This document shows positions 57,648 through 64,000 of a DNA stretch of 64,000 bases, in pieces (the stretch's first letter is position 1; every line of letters starts with the position of its first letter). The notes below the pieces were generated by a model. The model did not search any database and was not told where the DNA came from. It saw only the letters and a list, made by a program, of their open reading frames with translations. Source of the DNA: an uncultured delta proteobacterium (GTDB lineage Bacteria; Myxococcota_A; Polyangia; Fen-1088); NCBI GenBank assembly GCA_963796685.1, contig CAWCMR010000025.1:1568001-1632000 (forward strand), written 5' to 3'. The translations under genes were made by a program, and so were the position numbers.

Positions 57648-58304
57648 CTAGCCCGAGAGCTTCTTCTTGAGGGCCGCGAGGGCGTCGTCGAGGGTTTGGT
57701 CCTCGCCGAGCTTCTCCAGCTTCTTCTCGCTGGCCCGCTCGGCGGCAGTGGTTCCACCCAGCTCGTCACCGAGGCTGGCCTCGGCTTCGAGGGCGTCGAT
57801 CTTGCCCGACATGCGCTCGAAATCGGCGAAGGCCGAGGTGCCGGTGGAAACCGGGCTTTGTCCCTTGGCCGCGCGGGCCCTTTCGCGCAGGGTTCCCTGG
57901 CGCAGCTTCACGTCCTTCACGCGCAATTCCAGGGCGCGCAGTCCGGCGAGGAGATTCTCCACCTGCGCCCTCTGTTCGGCCGCAGCCCGGTCGGTTTCCA
58001 GGCGATCCGCTTCCTTCTGGGCTTTGCGGCGGAGCGCCTCCTTGGCCAAGGCGTCGTCGCCGGTTTGTACCGCGCGGGCCGCGTGCTCCTCCCAGGTCTT
58101 GGCCTCGGCGGCCAGTTGCTCGGACTGCCGGAGCAGGCGCTTCTCCTCGGCCATGCATCCCGCGACCTCGCCGCGCGCCTGGGCAAGCGAATCCTCCATG
58201 TCGAGCACGAGCTGATCGATTTCCTTGGCTGGATCTTGCATCTTGTCGATGAGATCGTTGACGTTCGACTTCACCAGCGTGGACAAGCGCCCGAGGATGC
58301 TCAT
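57648..58304 (-). CDS. pspA: PspA/IM30 family protein
   Basis: MSILGRLSTLVKSNVNDLIDKMQDP..A..GDDALAKEALRRK..FERMSGKI..LAALKKKL. Confidence 0.93.
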   Translation of the reverse strand: MSILGRLSTLVKSNVNDLIDKMQDPAKEIDQLVLDMEDSLAQARGEVAGCMAEEKRLLRQSEQLAAEAKTWEEHAARAVQTGDDALAKEALRRKAQKEADRLETDRAAAEQRAQVENLLAGLRALELRVKDVKLRQGTLRERARAAKGQSPVSTGTSAFADFERMSGKIDALEAEASLGDELGGTTAAERASEKKLEKLGEDQTLDDALAALKKKLSG

Positions 58305-58419
58305 GGGTGCGAGTCTAGTCAGGAATCGACCCTTGGCCAGAACGAAGGGATCTTCGTTCCATGTTCTCCTGTCGCATTTTTCCGCGCGGTCGGGAGGATT
58401 TTGTTAGCGTAACGCTTTC

Positions 58420-59427
58420 ATGCTTTTGCGCGACATAGTCGGACAGGGGCACGCGGTGGCCATGCTGCAGCGGTCTGTGGCGTCCGGACGGCTGGCCCAC
58501 GCCTGCCTTTTCGATGGGCCAGAAAGCGTGGGCAAGCGAAGCACCGCGCTCGCGTTGGCGAAGGCCCTGTGCTGTCCCGAGGCACCCGGTGACGGCTGTG
58601 GGGCCTGCGACACCTGCCGCCGCATCGAGACTGGCCAGCACCCGGATGTGCTCGCGCTGGCGCCGGCGGCCCAGCAATACGTCGTCGAGCAGGCGCGCGA
58701 GATCGTGGCCCTCGCGTCGACCCGCCCGCATGAAGCGCCCGCGCGCATCCTGGTTCTCGATCGTGCGGACGCGCTCAATCCCAGCTCGGCCAACTGCCTG
58801 CTCAAGACCCTGGAAGAACCTTGCCCCGGCAACCACCTGCTGCTCGTGACCTCGGCGCCCGACCGGCTGCTTCCCACCATCCGCTCGCGTACGCAGCGCG
58901 TTCGTTTCGCGGCCCTGCAGCCCTCGGCGCTGGTCGACATAGCCATGCGCAAAGGTGCCACCCGCGCGCAAGCAGAGACCGCAGCGTCGCTGGCGGGCGG
59001 GCAGGTCGGCAGGCTCTTGCAAGCCCTCGAGTCCGAGGCGGAATCGAACCTGTGGACCATCGTGGGCAACTTTCGCAAGGCCGCCGCGGCCAGGGGCATG
59101 GGCGCCATCTTCGACGCCGCGTCCGAGTTTTCCGACAAGGAAAGCCGGCAAGACCTGCCCGAGGCCTTGGCCCTGTTGATGCGGCTCTATCGCGATGCGC
59201 TCGTGACCGCTGCCGGGGCAAGCGACCTCGTGCTTCTGCGCGATCGGGCAGCGGAGCTCGAAACACTCGCGGGACGGGCGCGAAAGGACTACGATCTACA
59301 TGCGCTTCGTTCCGCCTTGCGCGAGGTGGTCCAGGCCTCGCTCGCGCTGCTCTCCAATGTGAACCCGGTGACCGCACTCGAGAAGATGATGATGGACCTC
59401 AGAACCCTAGAGTCGGCAGTCGCATGA
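58420..59427 (+). CDS. holB: DNA polymerase III delta' subunit
   Basis: RLAHACLFDGPESVGK, CGACDTC zinc motif, HPD, ANCLLKTLEEP, LLPTIRSR. Confidence 0.93.
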   Translation: MLLRDIVGQGHAVAMLQRSVASGRLAHACLFDGPESVGKRSTALALAKALCCPEAPGDGCGACDTCRRIETGQHPDVLALAPAAQQYVVEQAREIVALASTRPHEAPARILVLDRADALNPSSANCLLKTLEEPCPGNHLLLVTSAPDRLLPTIRSRTQRVRFAALQPSALVDIAMRKGATRAQAETAASLAGGQVGRLLQALESEAESNLWTIVGNFRKAAAARGMGAIFDAASEFSDKESRQDLPEALALLMRLYRDALVTAAGASDLVLLRDRAAELETLAGRARKDYDLHALRSALREVVQASLALLSNVNPVTALEKMMMDLRTLESAVA

Positions 59428-60368
59428 GCGAAAGCCCGCAGGCTCCCGCGCCGGCAGTGGTCCGCATGGACGGCCCTGTTCGCGAGGACGTGCGCGGCAC
59501 GGTCCGCGTACGTCTTGCGCGCAACGGGCGCGTCCTCGACTGCGAGTGCGGTGCCATGATTCTGCGCCAAGGCGATCGCGTGGTGGTCGACGACAGGCGC
59601 ACCAGCACCCTGGGTACCGTGACGGCTGCGTTGGGTACGCGGCAGGGTCAGGACACGCAAGGGCGGGTGATTCGCAAGGCCGACACGCGCGATCTCGTGC
59701 GCGCCGAGCAGGAGCAGAGGCGCCAGGAAGAGGCCTTGGCCTTTGCCCGTGAGCGTGCCCGTGCCCTGGGCCTGCCCATCAAGCTCTTCCGCACCGACAT
59801 CGGGCTGGGCAGCGACCGCGCCACGTTCTTTTTTTCGTGCGAGCAGCGGGTGGACTTTCGCGGCTTGGTCCGCGATCTGGCGTCGCACCTGCACGCGCGC
59901 ATCGAAATGCGCCAGGTCGGCGTGCGCGACGAATCCAGGCTGACGGGCGGGATCGGTTCGTGTGGCCGCGAGCTGTGTTGCGCGACCTACCTCTCTCGCT
60001 TTGCGCCGGTCTCCATCAAGATGGCCAAGCACCAGCGCCTGGTGCTCAATCCGACCAAGATCGCGGGCCAGTGCAGCCGTCTCAAGTGTTGCCTGGCGTA
60101 CGAGGACGATCTCTACGTCGAGCTGTCCAAGAACCTGCCCAAACCGGGCAAGCGGGTGGAAACCCCGGAAGGCGTGGGCCGCGTCGACGATCTGGACGTG
60201 CTTGGTGGAAGGGTGCGGGTTTCCTTCTTCGAGCGGCCGCCCATGACCTTCATGGCGTCGGAGGTTCGGCTGGTGGCCAACCAACCCAACTCTCCCGTCA
60301 CCCCGACGCCCCAACCGCGCGACGTCCCGCCCGTCGACGGCGAAGAAAACCCCAGCGACGACGAATAG
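59424..60368 (+). CDS. ricT: PSP1-domain Fe-S protein RicT/YaaT
   Basis: RVDFRGLVRDLA..RIEMRQVGVRDE..GGIGSCGRELCC..MAKHQ..KIAGQCSRLKCCL; holB-ricT-metG gene order. Confidence 0.92.
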   Translation: MSESPQAPAPAVVRMDGPVREDVRGTVRVRLARNGRVLDCECGAMILRQGDRVVVDDRRTSTLGTVTAALGTRQGQDTQGRVIRKADTRDLVRAEQEQRRQEEALAFARERARALGLPIKLFRTDIGLGSDRATFFFSCEQRVDFRGLVRDLASHLHARIEMRQVGVRDESRLTGGIGSCGRELCCATYLSRFAPVSIKMAKHQRLVLNPTKIAGQCSRLKCCLAYEDDLYVELSKNLPKPGKRVETPEGVGRVDDLDVLGGRVRVSFFERPPMTFMASEVRLVANQPNSPVTPTPQPRDVPPVDGEENPSDDE

Positions 60369-60392
60369 CCGCTTCTCTGTTAACCTAGGCCC

Positions 60393-62355
60393 ATGGCTGA
60401 CACCTTCTACGTCACCACCCCGATCTACTACGTCAACGCGCTTCCCCACCTGGGGACCTTCTACACCACCACCGTCGCCGACGCGTTCGCGCGCTACCAC
60501 CGCGCCCGCCGCCACGAGACGTACTTTCTCACCGGCACCGACGAGCACGGGCAGAAGATCGAGCGTATGGCGCGCGAGCAGAACCTCAGCCCCAAGGAAT
60601 ACTGCGACGGCATCGTCGCCAAATTCAAGGAGGTGTGGGCGCAGGCGGGGATGAGCTTCGACCGCTTCATCCGCACCACCGACCCCGATCATGTCGCTTC
60701 GGTCGAAACCATGTGGCAACGCATGCTCGCCGCGGGCGACATCTACAAGGCCGACTACGACGGTATGTACTGCGTGGGCTGCGAGGGCTGGAAGACCGAG
60801 GAGGATGTGATCGAGGAGGGCGGCGCCAAGATTTGCCCCATCCACCGCAAGCCCGTCGAGCGGGTGCGCGAGGAGAACTACTTCTTCCGTCTGTCGAAGT
60901 ACGCCGACAGGCTGCTCGCCCTCTACGAGCAACCGGGCTTCATCCGCCCCGAAACGCGCAAGAACGAAGTGACCGAGTTCGTGCGCTCGGGCCTCAAGGA
61001 TCTGTCCATCTCGCGCTCGAGCGTCAAGTGGGGCATCCCGGTGCCGAACGATCCCAGCCATGTCATCTACGTGTGGCTCGACGCCCTGACCAACTACGTG
61101 TCCGCCCTGGGCGGGCCGGACAAGATCGCCACCGATGCGCGCTCGCAGGCGCTGTGGGGTGCGTGCACGCACCTCATCGCCAAGGACATCCTGCGCTTTC
61201 ACGCGGTGTACTGGCCGGCCATGCTGATGTCCGCCGGCTTGCCACCGCCCAAGGGCGTGTTCTGCCACGGCTACATCACCGTCAAGGGACAGAAGATCTC
61301 CAAGTCCATGCCGGCCACTCACGTGGATCCCAGCCTCATTGCCGCCTCGCTCGGCGCCGATCCTCTGCGTTACTTCGTGCTGCGCGAGTACACCCTCGGC
61401 AACGACGGCGACTTCAGCTACGAGGCGCTGTTCCAGCGCTTCGAATCGGACCTCGGCAACGACCTCGGCAACCTGGCCAACCGCACGATCTCTATGGCCC
61501 GCCAACTTGGTGAAACGCTCGATTCACCGCATCGACCGGGGTACTCGGCGGGCGATCCGCTGTCCGAGGAAGAGCTGGTCCTGCGCCGGTGCGCGCAGGA
61601 GATGATCGTTGCCGCCAGCAAGGCCTGGGACGAGATGCAACCCTCGCGCGCCCTGGAGGCGACCTGGACCATGATCCGCGCCGGCAACGTGTACCTCGAT
61701 CGCACGGCGCCGTGGAAGCTGAAGAAGGCGGGACAGCTCGCGGAGCTGCGCGAGGTGTTGGTCAACACCTGCGAGATCATCCGGCGCGCGGCCCAAATGG
61801 TCGGGCCCGCCATGCCCGAGGCGTCGCGCGAGCTTCTGCGCCAGATCGGCCGCGAGCAGGACTATGGCCTGTGGCCGTCGGAACAGTGGGGTGGCTGGCC
61901 GGGCGGCAAATTGGTCGAGCCCAAGCCCGTCTTTCCGCGCATCGAGCCCGATCGACAGCGGGAGCTGCATCGCGGCCTGGCTCGACCAGACGCCCCCGCC
62001 CAAGCAGGTTCCCGTGGGAGCAGCCGGCTTGCCCGATGAAATCACCATCGAGGAATTCGCGCGCATCGATCTGCGCTCTGCCAAGGTGTTGGCCGCGGAA
62101 GCCGTGCCCAAGACCGACAAGCTGCTCAAGCTCGTGCTGGATCTGGGCAGCGAACAGCGCACGGTCATCTCCGGCATCGCCGGCGCCTACGCGCCCGCCG
62201 AGCTCGTGGGACGGACGGTCCTCTATCTTGCCAACCTGAAGCCGGCCAAGATCCGCGGGGTGATTTCCCAGGGCATGATCCTGGCCGCGGCCAGCGACCC
62301 GCTCTCGCTCGCGTGCTTCGATCGAGAGGTGGTGCCGGGGACGAAGGTGAAATAG
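60393..62355 (+). CDS. metG: Methionine--tRNA ligase (apparent +1 frameshift at ~61968 before the C-terminal tRNA-binding domain)
   Basis: FYVTTPIYYVN..PHLG, GTDEHGQK, YVWLDAL, KDILRFHAVYWP, KISKS; the OB domain ITIEEFARIDLR..NLKPAKIRGVISQGMILAA is in the +1 frame, ending at 62355. Confidence 0.95.
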
Positions 62356-62456
62356 GAGCAGATGCGAGCTGCGTGCCCACGTCGCGGCAAAATCGGTTTG
62401 AACGATAGCGGACACGCTTGGTCCCTATCACCCAGGTGTTGTGTCATGCTGAAATC

Positions 62457-64000
62457 ATGCCGGGACGCATTGTCGATTTGAAGGGTTTGCCCGCGCTGCT
62501 CGCCATCTCTTGCCTTGCCGCGTTCGTGACTGGACTGGGCTGCCGCCCGGTCGCGTCCGCCCGAGGATCGGGCGGGGGCGGTCAGGCTGCCGGAGGAAGC
62601 GGAGGCAGCGGTGTCGGGGGACGCGGCGGTGCGGGAGGAGCCGGCGGAGGTGGCGCGGGTGGCAGCGGTGGCACGAGTAGCAGCGGTGGTGCGAGTGGCA
62701 GCGGTGGTGCGAGTGGTAGCGGTGGTGCGAGTGGCTCAGGCGGCAGCTCGGTGGCAGCGAGGCCGCCGACCATCTCGGGTCTCGCGATCGAGGCCAATCC
62801 CAACAACAGCCTCTCGTGCTTCGTGGCCTGGACGACCGACGTCGCCGCCAGCTCCGAGGTGCAGTTCGGCGCCGGCACCTACCAGTTTCACATCGTGGCC
62901 GATGAAGCGGTCACCTCTCACCGCGTGCTCGTCATCGGCATGGTGGCGCAGACCGACTACCTCATCAAGGCCGTGTCCGCCACCGCGGGCGGCTCGGTCA
63001 GCGCGGAAGGGACTTTCACGACCGGCGCGCTGCCAGCCGGCCTGCCCATTGCCACGCCAACGGTCACCGACACCACCGGCTCACAGGCCGGCTGGACTTT
63101 GGTCAACATCATGCCGGCCGGCAAAAGCATCGGCTTCACCGGCAGCGCACCCGGAATCATGGTTATGTACGACCAGACCGGCGTTCCGGTTTGGTATTTC
63201 GTCAACGGGACCACCGCGGACACGCGTGGCGACGTCTCGCTCCGGGTGCTTGCGAACGGCAACCTCATTCTCGGCCCGTCCTCGGGCGAGCCCGCCAAGG
63301 AGATCGATCTCGCCGGCAACGTGGTTTGGTCGGGTCCGCCGCAGCCGTCGGCCAACGCAACGACGACCGATCCCGCGACCGCGCCCATGTCGCATTTCGC
63401 GGACAAGCTCGCCAACGGAAACTACGTTTTGTTTCGCGACCTCACCAACGCGAACGGTATCGGCGGCGCCTATGTCGAGGAGCTGACACCATCGAACACC
63501 GTCGCGTGGTCGTGGAACCTCTTCGACCACATCCAGCCGCCCGCGGACGCCGCGAAGGATTGGTGCCACCCCAACGCGGTGACCGTCGACCTCGACCACG
63601 ACGTCTTCTATTTGAGCTGCCGATTCCAGGGCATCATCAAGGCGCGCCGCTCGGGGGACCAGGGCGTGATCTGGGTTCTGGGCGGACAGGCCGGCGGCGA
63701 TTTCGCCTTCAGCCCCTCCGCGGCGAGCTTCGACGATCAGCACGATCCCGAGATCCACGCCGACGGCACCATCCTGCTCTACAACAACCGCGGCGAGGCC
63801 GCCGTGCCGCCAACCGGGGTCACCTCGCGCGTGCTCGAGGTCTCGGTCGACGAGCAGACCATGCAGGCCAATCTGACGTTCGAGTTTCCTGGCAGCTTCA
63901 ATACCGACTCCTGGTACACGAGCACCTGGTACACGCCCTACTGGGGAGACGCGGATCGCCTGGCGAATGGCAATGTTCTCATCGTCGCCGGCTTCCGCAG
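62457..64000 (+). CDS. Arylsulfotransferase (ASST)-family lipoprotein, partial
   Basis: Manual translation: MPGRIVDL..TGLGC, Gly/Ser linker, ANPNNSLSCFVAWTT (Ig/FN3-like), DWCHPNAV, FDDQHDP, YWGDADRLANGNVLI; open to the window end. Confidence 0.8.
   Translation, partial: MPGRIVDLKGLPALLAISCLAAFVTGLGCRPVASARGSGGGGQAAGGSGGSGVGGRGGAGGAGGGGAGGSGGTSSSGGASGSGGASGSGGASGSGGSSVAARPPTISGLAIEANPNNSLSCFVAWTTDVAASSEVQFGAGTYQFHIVADEAVTSHRVLVIGMVAQTDYLIKAVSATAGGSVSAEGTFTTGALPAGLPIATPTVTDTTGSQAGWTLVNIMPAGKSIGFTGSAPGIMVMYDQTGVPVWYFVNGTTADTRGDVSLRVLANGNLILGPSSGEPAKEIDLAGNVVWSGPPQPSANATTTDPATAPMSHFADKLANGNYVLFRDLTNANGIGGAYVEELTPSNTVAWSWNLFDHIQPPADAAKDWCHPNAVTVDLDHDVFYLSCRFQGIIKARRSGDQGVIWVLGGQAGGDFAFSPSAASFDDQHDPEIHADGTILLYNNRGEAAVPPTGVTSRVLEVSVDEQTMQANLTFEFPGSFNTDSWYTSTWYTPYWGDADRLANGNVLIVAGFR

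Overview
High-GC window that looks like a Myxococcota (Polyangia-like) chromosome. This is inferred from the giant TPR protein, the Ser/Thr kinases, a TIGR02270-like protein and the Gly-linker lipoproteins. Housekeeping genes: gpmA (partial), an orphan 2-oxoacid dehydrogenase E1-alpha, glgC, osmC, an archaeal-type cofactor-independent phosphoglycerate mutase, pspA and holB-ricT-metG. There is a complete chemosensory operon (cheA-cheW-poly-HAMP MCP-cheR-cheD-HDOD-cheY-cheX-cheB) with a sigma-28-like promoter upstream. The best candidate for an undescribed system is 12.7-14.7 kb: a secreted protein with two 4-Cys repeats, an ECF sigma factor, an anti-sigma and a Spy/CpxP-like sensor. The same promoter motif (CTAAC-N6-GCCCCGT-N5-GTCT) precedes both the Cys-repeat gene and the sigma gene. 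Other candidates are a PIG-B-like (GT22) glycosyltransferase operon with a PIP-synthase-like gene about 9 kb away, a FliA-like sigma/OMP/orphan SctJ unit, a pseudokinase coupled to a TGA-interrupted TIGR02270-like gene, and a radical SAM/SPASM-TPR fusion. The window also has three deletion-scar chimeras, two apparent single-base frameshifts (cheB, metG) and several REP/MITE-like repeat families. I saw no rRNA, tRNA, CRISPR array or intact transposase. All family assignments come from motif recognition by eye, not from database searches.
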